NCBI GenBank assembly: GCA_036751175.1
Contig: CP144859.1
Coordinates: 167,081-231,080, forward strand
Reading direction: 5' to 3'
DNA length: 64,000 nucleotides
DNA from: Candidatus Stammera capleta
Lineage (GTDB): Bacteria > Pseudomonadota > Gammaproteobacteria > Enterobacterales > Enterobacteriaceae
The notes under the pieces were generated by a model. It was not told the origin of the DNA. It saw only the letters and a list, made by a program, of their open reading frames with translations, and did not search any database. Positions 42,698 through 54,013 of this stretch are shown here, in pieces. The number at the start of each line of letters is the position of its first letter. Within the stretch, counting starts at the first letter, position 1. The position numbers and the translations under genes are program-made.

Positions 42698-44515
42698 ATG
42701 ATTAAAATAAAATATTTAAGAAAAATATATTTATTTAAAAAAAAAATTTCTATAAAAAAATTTATTAAAACAAAAAAAAAAAAAATAAATAATATATATT
42801 TAGGAGGATATATAAATAAAAAAATATTTAATTTAAATTATAAAATTAAAAAAAATATTAAATTAAATTTAATAAAAATAAATTCATATTTAGGAAAAAA
42901 AATTATTAATAAAATATTTGAATATATAATAAAAAAATCTATAAAAAAAATATTAATAAATTCATGTTTAATAAAATATAAAAATATAAATAATATTTAT
43001 ATATATAAAATAAAATATAAAAATAAAATAAACAAAAAAATATTATTAAAAATTAAAAAATATATATATATATATATAAAAAAAAAAATAAATAAAAATA
43101 TAAAAATTAAAAAAAAAATAAAAAATAATAATTTTATTATTATAAATAAAAATAATAAAAAAAAAAAAATATTCAAAATTAAATTAATAAAAAAATATTT
43201 ACTTTTTTATAAAATAAAAAATATTTTAAATATAAAATCAAAAAATAAAAATATTCAAAAAATATATATAAAAATTAAAAAAAAAAAAAATATTTTTAAA
43301 AAATATTTAAAAAATAATAAAAAAATAAAAAATAATGATCACAGAATAATTAATAAACAATTAAATTTTTATCATATTAATAAAAACACACCAGGAATAA
43401 TATTTTGAAATTATAAGGGATTTATATTATTAGAAAATATTAAAAAACTATTAAGAAAAATTTTTTATAAATATAATTATATAGAAGTACAAAGTGCATG
43501 TTTAATAAATAAAAATATGTGAAAAAATAGTGGACATTGAAATTATTATAATAATTTTATATTTACTACAAAATCTGAAAAAAAAGAATTATGTATAAAA
43601 CCAATGAATTGTTTAGGACATATAGATATATATAAACAAAAAATACAATCTTATAAAAATTTACCAATTAGAATAGCAGAATTTGGCATATGTCATAGAA
43701 ATGAATACTCAGGATCATTATGTGGTCTAATGAGAACAAGATCTTTTACACAAGATGATGCACATATATTTTGTTCTAAAAATCAAATTAAAAAAGAAAT
43801 ATCTAAATGTATTGATATGATAAATAAAGTATATAAAATATTTAAATTTAAAAATATTAATATATTTGTATCAACAAAACCAATAAAATATTTAGGTACT
43901 AAAAAAATATGAAAAAAATCAGAAAATAAATTAATAGAAGTTTTAAAAGAAAAAAAAATAAAATTTAAAATTAACAAAGGAGAAGGAGCTTTTTACGGTC
44001 CCAAAATAGAATTTATATTAAAAGATGCTTCAAATAAAGAATGACAATGTGGAACAATACAACTAGATTTTTATTTATCAAAAAAATTAAACATAAATTT
44101 TTTTGATAAAAAAAATATTAAAAAAAAACCTATTATTATACATAGAGCTATATTAGGATCATTAGAAAGATTTATAGGTATATTATTAGAAAAAAATAAC
44201 GGATGATTACCTACTTGGTTAACTCCAATACAAATTGTAATAATGAATATTTCCAAAAAACATAAAAAATATTGTAAAAAAATACTATTTACTTTAAAAA
44301 AAAATAATATTAGAGTAATAAGTGATTTTGAAAATAAAAAAATAAATTATAAAATAAGAAAACATACTTTACAAAAGATACCCTACATGATAGTATGCGG
44401 CGATAAAGAAGTTCTTTCTAATACAATTAGCATAAGAAAAACTTTAAATAATAAATTTTTCATAATGAAAATTAAACAAGTAATTGAAAAATTTAAAAAA
44501 AAAAATAAATATTAA
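42698..44515 (+). CDS. thrS: threonine--tRNA ligase
   Basis: Track fragments 42698-43408, 43604-43912 and 44243-44515 share one frame. DHRIINKQLNFYH, CIKPMNCLGHIDIY, RIAEFGICHRNEYSGSLCGLMRTRSFTQDDAHIFC, GAFYGPKIEF, HRAILGSLERFIGIL. 605 aa. Confidence 0.93.
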
Positions 44516-44526
44516 TGGAGTAAATT

Positions 44527-45057
44527 ATTAAAATTTATAAAAAAAAAAATACAAAAAAATTACATAGAATTAACTATGAAATAAAATCTTTAAAAGTTAA
44601 AATTGTTGGAAATGAAAATAAAAATATAAAAATAACTAATACAAATGAAGCTATAAATTTAGCTAAAAAACTTAATTTAGATCTAGTTGAAATAAATCCT
44701 TTTACTAAACCACCAATATGTAAAATACTAAATTATGGAAAATTTTTATATAAAAAAAAAAAAAGATTCAAAAAAAAAAATAAACCAATAAACATTAAAG
44801 AAATAAAATTTAGACCTACTACAAATATAAATGATTTTAATATTAAAATTAAAAATATCAAAAGATTATTAAAAAAAGGAAATAAAATTAAAATAATTAT
44901 AAAATTTAAAGGAAGAGAAATAATACATAAAAATATAGCTTTTAATATGTTAAATAAAATTAAAGAAAAACTTTTTAAAATATCACAACTAATATTTTCT
45001 TCTAAAAAAACTGAAAATAGACAAATTATTATGATATTAAATCCTAAAAAAAAATAA
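44527..45057 (+). CDS. infC: translation initiation factor IF-3 (non-ATG, ATT start)
   Basis: RINYEIKSLKVKIVGNEN..LDLVEINPFTKPPICKILNYGKFLY..IKEIKFRPTTNINDF..KFKGREI..IIMILNPKKK. There is no in-frame ATG between the upstream TAA (44521-44523) and the conserved core. In-frame ATT codons lie at 44524, 44527 and 44533, with GGAG at 44517-44520. Confidence 0.85.
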   Translation: MKIYKKKNTKKLHRINYEIKSLKVKIVGNENKNIKITNTNEAINLAKKLNLDLVEINPFTKPPICKILNYGKFLYKKKKRFKKKNKPINIKEIKFRPTTNINDFNIKIKNIKRLLKKGNKIKIIIKFKGREIIHKNIAFNMLNKIKEKLFKISQLIFSSKKTENRQIIMILNPKKK

Positions 45058-45061
45058 AGTT

Positions 45062-45259
45062 ATGTCAAAAATAAAAACAATACACGCTATTAAAAAAAGA
45101 ATTAAAAAACTTTCATCGAAAAAATTAAAATTTAAACGTACTAATTTACGTCATATATTAACTAAAAAAAAAAAAAAAAGAAAAAGACATCTTCGTAATA
45201 AAAAAATAGTAAATAAAATAAATACTAAAATACTTATTAAAGGTATTCCATACTTATAA
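45062..45259 (+). CDS. rpmI: 50S ribosomal protein L35
   Basis: MSKIKTIHAIKKRIKK..NLRHILTKKKKKRKRHLR. Intact 65-aa ORF. Confidence 0.92.
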   Translation: MSKIKTIHAIKKRIKKLSSKKLKFKRTNLRHILTKKKKKRKRHLRNKKIVNKINTKILIKGIPYL

Positions 45260-45269
45260 AGGATAAAAT

Positions 45270-45620
45270 ATGGTAAGAATTAAAAGAGGAAAAATTTCTC
45301 ATAAAAAACATAAAAAAATATTAAATTTATCTAAAGGATATTATAGTTCAAGATCTAGAACATATAGATCAGCATATCAAGCAATAATAAAATCAGGACA
45401 ATATTCTTACAGAGATAGAAAACAAAAAAAAAGAAATTTTCGAAAATTATGAATAATACAAATAAATGCTAAAGTTAGAGAATATGGTATTTCTTATAGT
45501 AAATTTATAAAAAAATTAAAAGATTTATCATTTAAAATAAACAGAAAAATTTTAGCTGATATCATAAATAATAATCCAATAATATTTAATAAATTAATGT
45601 TATTAATAAAAAAAAAATAA
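45270..45620 (+). CDS. rplT: 50S ribosomal protein L20
   Basis: Track fragment 45270-45452 continues through [64 protein letters not shown](TGA)IIQINA. Confidence 0.92.
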
Positions 45621-45630
45621 TTTATTTAAA

Positions 45631-46599
45631 ATGTTTTACTTTAAAAAAATAATTTCTAAATTTAATTCAGAAATTAAAAAAAATAAAAATAATAAATGTA
45701 TTAAAAAAATATATATAAAATATTTAAGTAAAAAAGGTAAAATAAATAAATTAATTAAATTAATTAAAAATATACCAAAAAAATTAAAACCAAAATTTGG
45801 TAAAAAAATTAATGAAATAAAAAATTATATAATAAATAAAATTAATATTTTAAAAATAAAATATAAAAAAAAAAAAAAAAAAAAATATATAGATATATCT
45901 TTACCAGGAAGAATATTATTTAAAAAAGGTAATTTACATCCAATTACTAAAATGATTAAAAAAATAGAATTTTTTTTTCACAAACTAGGTTTTAAAAATA
46001 TATATGGTAAAAATATAGAAAATACTTTTTATAATTTTGATGCATTAAATATTAATAAATATCATCCATCAAGATCATTAAAAGATACTTTTTGAATAAA
46101 TAATAAAAAATTATTAAGAACTCAAACTTCATGTATGCAAATAAGATACTTAAAATATTTTAAACCACCAGTTAAAATTATTACTTCTGGATGTGTATTT
46201 AGAAAAGATTATGACCAAACTCATACTCCTATGTTTCATCAATTAGAATGTTTTATAGTTGATAAAAATATTAATTTTACTAATTTAAAATATATTATTA
46301 AAAAATTTATTCAATACTTATTTAAAAAAAAAAAAAAGATAAAATTTATTCCAGCATATTTTCCATTTACAGAACCTTCTTATGAAATTTTTATAAAAAA
46401 TAAAAATAAAGAATGATTAGAAATACTTGGTTGTGGTTTAATACATCCTAAAATATTAAAAAAATCAAAAATTAATTTTCAAAAATATTCTGGATTAGCA
46501 TTTGGATTAGGAATTGAAAGATTATTAATGATTAAATACAATATATCTGATATAAGATTATTATACAATAATAATATAAAATTTTTAAATCAATTTTAA
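45631..46599 (+). CDS. pheS: phenylalanine--tRNA ligase alpha subunit
   Basis: Track fragments 45631-46095 and 46135-46416 share one frame. HPITKMIKKIEFFF, HPSRSLKDTFW, RTQTS, FRKDYDQTHTPMFHQLE, FPFTEPS, GCGLIHP, AFGLGIERL. 322 aa. Confidence 0.93.
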
Positions 46600-46611
46600 A
46601 TTTTAAAAAAA

Positions 46612-48828
46612 ATGAAATTTTTTGAAAATTGAATAAGAGAATATTATAAAAGTAATTTAAATATAAAAAATATTATTAGTATACTAAATAAAAATGGTTT
46701 TGAAGTAAATAATAATATTTTAAATATAAATAAAAAATATATTTTAAAAAAAGTATTATTTTATAAAAAAATAAATAATTCTCTATCAAAAATAAAAATA
46801 AATAATAATTATAATTACATATATATAAAAAATATAAAAGAAAATTTAAAAAATAAAAATATATTAATTAAAAAAAAATATATAAACAAAAAAATAAAAT
46901 TTAAATATTATAAAATACATATAAAAAATAATATTTTATTCATAATATATAAAAAAAAAAAAGAAATTAAAAAAAAAATAATTAAAAAAAATAACTATTT
47001 TGAAGTTAATATACCTTATAATAGATTTGATTGTAATAATATATATGGATTATCTAGAGAAATATCTATTTTAAGTAAAAAAAAATATATAAAAAAAAAA
47101 AAAAAAATAAAAAATAAAATCAAAAATAATTATTTTATTAAAATAAATATTTTAAATAAAAAATATATTCAAAATTATAAATATTTATTAATAAAAAAAA
47201 CTAATTTATATAAATTTAAAACACCTAAAATTATTAAAAAAAGACTTAAAAAATTAGATATAAAAAATAAAAATAATATTAATGATATTTTATCATATAT
47301 ATTAATAGAATCTGGACAAAAAATAATATGTTTAAATTTAGATAAAATTAAAAAATATATTAATAATAAATATTTTAAAAATAAAAAAAAAATTTTTTTA
47401 AAAAAAAATAACATTAAAAAATTTAAAATAAAAAAAAAAAATAAAAACATATTATTAATAGCTCCATTATATAATATTAAATATATTAAAAAAATTAAAA
47501 AAAATAATTTTTATTTTGAAAATAAATTTTTAAATAATAATGATAAATATACACAGTTTTTATTTCTAGAAAAATCTTCTTGTATAATACAAAGAATATG
47601 TGGTGGTAAAATTAGTAATATTATAAATACTAAAAAATATATTAAAAAAAAAATATATATAAAACTTTTATATAAAAATATAAATAATAAAATAGGTATA
47701 AATATAAAAAAAAAAAATATTATTAATATATTTAAAAAAATTAAATGTAAATTAATAAAAAAAAAAAAATATTTATATATTAATCCTCCAGAATGAAGAA
47801 AAGATCTACAAATTAAAGAAGATTTAATTGAAGAAATAATTAAAAATTATGGAATAAATAAAATAAAAAATAAATCTTTTAACTCAAAATTAATTTTTTA
47901 TAAAAATAATCATTATATAGAAGAAATTAATAAAATAAAAAATATCTTTATGTATATGGGATATAAAGAAGTAATAAATTTTCATTTTTCTAATTTTAAA
48001 GAAAAAAATATTTTTATAAATAATAAAAAATATATTAAAATAATTAATCCTATATCTCAAGATATGACATTAATGAGAACATCTTTAATACCAGGATTGA
48101 TTAAAAACATATATTTAAATATACGAAAACAAAATAAAAATATTAAAATTTTTGAGATAGGAACATGTTACAAAAAAAAAAATAATAAAATTATACAAAA
48201 AGATAATTTTGCTGCAGCTATATACGGATATAGATATAAAGAAAATTGATTTATTAAAAAAAACTATTTATTAGATTTATATGATATAAAAGGAGATTTA
48301 GAATTTTTTTTAAAAAAAAAAAATAAAATTAATTTATATAAAACTAAAAAATCTAAATATAAAATTTTAGATAAAAATCAAAATATTAAAATTATTTTTA
48401 AAAAAAAAAAAATAGGATTTATAGGAATGTTAAATAAAAAAATACAAAAATATTTTTCTCTTAAACATCCTATATATGTATTTGAAATAAAAACTAAAAA
48501 TATTTTAAAAAAAACAAAGAAAAAAATTAAAAATATACCAAAATTTCAAAGTAATATAAGAGATATTACAATAGTAATTCCAAATTATATTTGAGTAACA
48601 GAAATTATTAAAAAATGTCAATTAATAAATAAAAAAAGAATTAAAAATGTTAATATTATTAAAATATATAAAAATAAAAATTTAAAAAAAAAAAATAAGA
48701 AAAATATAACTTTAAGAATAAAAATACAAGATAATTACAAAACTTTAAATGAATATAAAATAAATAAAATAATTAATAAATGCAAAAAAATGCTAAAAAA
48801 AAAATTTTTAGCATCAATTAAAGATTAA
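46612..48828 (+). CDS. pheT: phenylalanine--tRNA ligase beta subunit
   Basis: One table-4 frame that includes track fragment 47950-48249. MKFFENW(TGA)IREYY.. parallels E. coli MKFSELWLREWV. NIPYNRFDCNNIYGLSREI, NPPEW(TGA)RKDLQIKEDLIEEI. 738 aa. Confidence 0.9.
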
Positions 48829-48830
48829 AA

Positions 48831-49115
48831 ATGAATTATAATAAAAACGATATAATTAATTATATTAAAAAAAAAAAAAATATTAGTAAAAAAAAAATTA
48901 ATATAGTAATTAATACTTTTATAAAAAAAATAATATTTTACATTAAAAAAAAAAAAATTATTAAAATAAAAAATTTTGGAAAATTTTATACAAAAAAAAA
49001 TAAAAAAAAAATATGAATAAATCCAAAAAATAAAGAAAAAAAAATTATTCTATCAAAAAAAATACTTAGACTAAAAATAAGTAAAATATTTAAAAAAAAA
49101 ATAAATAATTTTTAA
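48831..49115 (+). CDS. ihfA: integration host factor alpha subunit (HU/IHF family)
   Basis: Track fragment 48831-49016 continues through TGA. ..IKIKNFGKFYTKKNKKKIW(TGA)INPKNKEKKIILSKKILRLK parallels the GFGNF..R.gRNPKTGe.i.i...v.F pattern. Position after pheT matches E. coli. Confidence 0.8.
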
Positions 49116-49132
49116 TATATATATATATATAT
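49115..49132. repeat. (AT)9 dinucleotide repeat spanning the ihfA stop and the next gene's ATG
   Basis: ATATATATATATATATAT read directly at 49115-49132. Confidence 0.9.
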
Positions 49133-49859
49133 GAAAAAAATAAAAAAAAAAAAAATTAAAATTAAAAATGGTAATATATTACCAATATATTATTGTATAC
49201 CTAAAAAATTTAAGTATCAAAAGAAAAAAAAAATTATAATAATAATAGAAGAAATATTTGGAATAAATAAAAAAATTAAAAATATATGTAAAAAAATATC
49301 AAAATACAAATATATGTCTGTAGCACCAGAATTAATTTTTAAAAATAAAAAAAATAATTTTAAAAAAAAAACAAAAAAATTAAAACAAAAAATAAATTCT
49401 TTATTAGATAAAAATATTATTTTTGATATTATATATTTAATAAATTGATTAAAAAAAAAATATAAAACTAATAATATTGGAATGACAGGATTTTGTTGAG
49501 GAGGAAGAATAACTTGATTATTTTCTTATTTTCAAAATAATCATATTAAAACATCAGTTATATGATATGGTAAAATATCTGATGTAAAAAATTATAAACA
49601 TCCTATTCATCCAATAGATATAATTGATAAAATTAAAATACCAGTATTAGGATTATATGGAGAAAAAGATAAAAATATTTCTTTAAATACAGTAAAAATG
49701 GTAAAAAAAAAAATTACTTTAAAAAACAAAAAAAATAAAATAATTATCTTTAAAAAAATAAAGAATAATTTTTTATTAAATCATAAATCAACATATAATA
49801 AAAAAATAGCTAAAAAATCATGAAAAATAATGATAAATTGATTTAATATAAATATATAA
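49131..49859 (+). CDS. dienelactone hydrolase family protein
   Basis: Track fragment 49131-49448 continues through TGA codons. IIIIEEIFGIN, the nucleophile elbow GMTGFCW(TGA)GG, PVLGLYGEKDKNIS. 242 aa. Confidence 0.62.
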
Positions 49860-49874
49860 CAAGGAAAATAAAAT

Positions 49875-50600
49875 ATGAAAAAATACTCATATTATTACTA
49901 TGATAATAGTATAAATACAATTTGTTCTTATATTAATAATGTATATGGATGAATGTCAAGTGGTTTATTATTAACTTCATTCACATCATGATATGCTACA
50001 AAAATACCATTCCTTTTAGAAATGATATTTTTTAATAAATTTTTTTTATTTACCATATTAATAATACAACTAATAGTAGTATTTACATTATCTAATATGA
50101 TAAATAGATTATCAGCTAATTTTGCAATAACATTATTCATGTTTTATTCAATTTTAACAGGATTATCTATTTCTAGTATATTTTTAATATATACATATAC
50201 ATCAATAGCTACAACATTTTTAACAACTAGTATCATGTTTGGAATAATGAGTATATGAGGATATAATACTAGACAAGATCTTACTAAAATAGGTAATTTA
50301 GCATTAATGTTATTAATAGGTATAATATTATCTACAATAATAAATTTATTTTTACAAAATTCATTTATAGTATGAATAATATCATATATAGGTATATTAT
50401 CTTTTTCAATTTTAATAGCATGAGATACACAAAAATTAAAAGAAATTGGTAATTACATTACTAGTGAACATGATGAACAATTTAGAAAATATTCAATATT
50501 AGGAGCATTAATATTATATTTAGATTTTATAAATTTATATTTATTAATTTTAAAATTAATAGGTGTAAAATTAAAAAATAACGAAGAAGAAAAATATTAA
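49875..50600 (+). CDS. ybhL: BAX inhibitor-1/YccA family inner-membrane protein (YbhL-like)
   Basis: AAGGA lies upstream. Track fragment 50022-50258 is in the same frame. VYGW(TGA)MSSGLLLTSFTSWY..LSANFAITLFMFYSILTGLSISSIF..W(TGA)DTQKLKEIG..RKYSILGALILYLDFINLYLLILKLIG is co-linear with E. coli YbhL. Confidence 0.82.
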
Positions 50601-50604
50601 ATAT

Positions 50605-51495
50605 ATGTTATTTACAATAATCACAACTTATAAAAAATTATATTTTTATAAAAAATTTTCACAAGAATTAATTAAAAAAGGTCATAAAATAAATTTTATA
50701 AACATTAAAAAATGTTATTTAAAAATTAAAAAAAAAAAAATAGATATTTTTTATAAAAAAAAAAAAATTAAAAAAATAGATATTTTAATTCCAAGAATAA
50801 GTTCAAATAAAAAAAATTATGAAGATTTACATATAATAAAAGAAATAGAAAAAAAAAGCAAAATTATAATTAATAATTATCTATCAATTAAAAACACAAA
50901 TAATAAATTACTAATGTTAAAAAAATTATCAAAAAATAATTTTAATATTCCAAAAACTATATATATAAAAAAAGAAAATAATTGACCTTCTATAATAAAA
51001 AAAAATAATATTTATCCTAAAATAATTAAAACATTAAATAATTGTCAAGGAAAAGGAGTTTTTTATGCAAAAAATAAAAAAGAATGTTTTAATATAATAA
51101 AAAAAATTTTTAAAAACGAAAAAAGTATCCTTTTACAAAATTATATAAAACAAAAATATATACATGATATAAGATATATAGTTTTTAAAAAAAAAATATT
51201 AGCTGTTATGAAAAGAATAGCTAAACCAGGAGAATATCGTTCAAATATATACCAAGGTGGTACAGCACATAAAACTTATATTATAAAAAAAGAAAAAAAA
51301 ATAGCTATTTCAGCAACAAAAAAATTAGGATTAATATTTTCTAGTGTAGATATAATAAGAAATATATATTCAAAATCTATTTTAATAGAAGTAAATTCTT
51401 CACCAGGAATTTTCTCTATTGAAAAAATATTAAAAAAAAATATATGTAAAAAAATTATATCCACAATAATTAAATATTATAGAACAAAATTATAA
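50605..51495 (+). CDS. rimK: ribosomal protein S6 L-glutamate ligase (ATP-grasp)
   Basis: Track fragments 50605-50985 and 51208-51495 share one frame. ILIPRIS..NNKLLMLKKLSKNNFNIP..KTLNNCQGKGVF..LLQNYIK..DIRYIVF..GEYRSNIYQGGTA..SSVDII..IEVNSSPG parallels E. coli RimK. Confidence 0.85.
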
Positions 51496-52017
51496 TTTAT
51501 ATCTTTTATAAGAAGAATAAATTATTTTTTTAGCTACATTAATATTATCTCAACCTTTATTTATTACTCATTTATCCTTTTCTAAAGATTTATAATTTTC
51601 AAAAAAATATGATATTTTTTTTAATAATTGTTTATCTATATCACAAATATCTTGAATATTATTATATTGATTAGAAACATCATAATTAGGAACAGATAAT
51701 ATTTTAAAATCTTTACCAGATTCATCAATTAATTTTAATACACCTATAGGACGACTATGTATAACAGAATTAATACTTAAAGGATAAGGAGAAATAACTA
51801 AAACATCTAAAGGATCATTATCCTCTGATAAAGTTTTATTTATATAACCATAATTACATGGATAAAACATAGGAACATCAATAAATCTATCAACAAATAA
51901 AAAATTATATTTTAAATTATATTCATATTTTATAGGATAAGAACCGGAAGATATTTCTATAATACTATATATATCATTAGGTACATCATTTCCAACAGGA
52001 ACATTTTTAAAACTCAT
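51490..52017 (-). CDS. ppa: inorganic pyrophosphatase
   Basis: Track ORF 51568-52017 continues through TGA codons. IIEISSGSYPIKYEY..FVDRF..MFYPCNYGYINKTLSEDNDPLDVLV..FFENYKSLEKDKW(TGA)VIINKGW. 175 aa. Overlaps rimK convergently by 6 nt. Confidence 0.93.
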
Positions 52018-52094
52018 AATTTAATAATCCATCCACTTTAATTTAATAAATAATTAATTTATAATTAATCATTATAATATAACTATTTAAAAAT

Positions 52095-53432
52095 ATGAAT
52101 ATTAAAAAAAAAAATTTTAAAAAAAAAATTATTAATATTTTTAATTTAATTAAAAAAAATATAAAAGGAAATATACAAATAACCTTTTTAAAAAATAAAG
52201 AAACTAATATAAAAATTAAAAATCAAAAATTAGAAAATATAAATTATATTAAAAATGTAAACATAAATATTACAATTTTTCAAAAATATAGAAAATGTAA
52301 TATAACATGTAATAATATAAATAAAAATACAATTATAAATTGTATTAAATATATAAATAATAGTATAAAAAATATTTCTAAAGATAAAAATAATAAAATG
52401 GTAGATTACTCCTTATATAATCAAAAATACGAAAATAATTTAGGTTTAAAATTTAATGATAATATATCTATACTTGATATGATAAATATATCAAAAAATA
52501 TAGAAAAAAATACTTTAAATATTAATAATAAATTAATTAGTGAAGGAGTAACATTTAGTAAAAATAAAAACAGTATATGAATATATAATGATTATAAAAA
52601 AATTAAAAATTTTTCCTCAAAATCATATTCATTAATAGAAAATGTAATAATTAAGAATAAATATACTATGGAACAAGACTATGAATATATTTATAGTCAT
52701 AAATTATCAGATTTAATAAATAAATATCATTATATAAGTAAAAAAATAATAAAAAAAATAAATAAAAAAAAAAAAATTAAAAAAATAAATACACAAAATA
52801 TTTCTGTAATTTTTAATAACGAAACTAGTATAGAAATATTTAAATATTTAATTAAATCTATAAATGGTTATAATATTTATAATAAAACATCATTTATGTT
52901 AAATAAAATAGATAAAAAAATATTACCTAAATGAATGAATATTATAGAAAATCCTTTTATATATAAAGGAATAGGATCAAAACCATTTGATAATGAAGGA
53001 TTAAACACTTATAAATATAATGTAGTTAAAAATGGTATATTAAAAAGTTGAATATTAGATACATATTCATCAAATAAATTAAATAAAAAAAATACATGTA
53101 ATTCTGGAGGAATACATAATTGATATTTTTTAAATAAAAAAAAAAATATTAATTTTAAAAAACTAATTAAAAAAATGTATAATGGTTTTATAATAGATAG
53201 ACTATTAGGTCAAGGAGTAAATATAACAACAGGAATTTATTCTAAAGGAGCATCTGGTTTTTGAGTAGAAAAAGGTAAAATTAAATTTTTTGTAAACGAA
53301 ATTACAATATCAGGTAATTTAAAAAAATTATTCAAAAATATTATTTATATGAGTAATGATATTAATAATTTTTCTTCTATAAGAACAGGATCAATTTTAG
53401 TATCTAATATACAAATAACAGGAAAAAATTAA
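52095..53432 (+). CDS. pmbA: metalloprotease PmbA (TldE)
   Basis: Track fragments 52095-52580 and 52668-52934 share one frame. The C-terminus [69 protein letters not shown] parallels E. coli PmbA. Confidence 0.85.
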
Positions 53433-53439
53433 TTAATTA

Positions 53440-54005
53440 ATGAATAATATAATTATAAAAAATAAGATTAGAAATTTTTTTAAAAAAAAAAACAATAAAA
53501 TTCTTATAAATAAAAAATTAAATAATAATATTATTTCAATAATAAATAATTATAAAAATTTTAAATTTTCTAAAAATGTAGCTATATACTATCCTATAAA
53601 AAATGAAGTAAATTTACTCAAATTAATAAAATTAAATAAAAAAAAAAATTTTTTTTTACCTAAAATAATTTCTTATAAAAAAAAAAAAATTATCTTTGTA
53701 AAATATAAAAAAAAAAAAAAATTAATCAAAAATAAATATAATATATTAGAACCAATAAATAAAAAAAAAAATCTCAATTAGAAATAATATTTATTCCTTT
53801 TATATCTTTTGATATATATGGTACAAGATTAGGAAGAGGAGGTGGATATTACGATACTTTTTTAAAAAAAATAAAAAAAAATACTGAATTAATTGGTATA
53901 GGATGAGATCATCAATTATATAAATATAAACTACCAAAAAATAAATGAGATATATCCTTACATAAAGTAATTACTCAATCAAGTATATGAAATTTAATTT
54001 TTTAA
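53440..54005 (+). pseudogene. ygfA: 5-formyltetrahydrofolate cyclo-ligase interrupted by a frameshift in an A11 tract (pseudogene or slippage-dependent CDS)
   Basis: The N-terminal 113 codons (53440-53781, frame 1, ending TAG) carry NVAIYYPIKNEVNLLKLI..NFFLPKI..IIFVKY..KYNILEP. The C-terminal part sits in frame 3 (from about 53763 to TAA 54003-54005): LEIIFIPFISFDIYGTRLGRGGGYYDTF..IGIGWDHQL..KWDISLHKVITQSSIW. Both halves are co-linear with E. coli YgfA. The total length is not a multiple of 3. Confidence 0.75.
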
Positions 54006-54013
54006 AAAAAAAA

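Noticed and set aside
49700-49859. Possible loss of the catalytic His in the dienelactone-hydrolase-like protein (..KKIKNNFLLNHKS..).
   Set aside because: My from-memory alignment of this short, divergent C-terminus is too uncertain. A His is present four residues away and could be the catalytic one.
51461-51471. A DnaA-box-like TATCCACA inside rimK.
   Set aside because: It is a single 8/9 match inside a coding region, with no cluster of boxes and no adjacent AT-rich unwinding repeats distinguishable from background. This is most simply a chance match.
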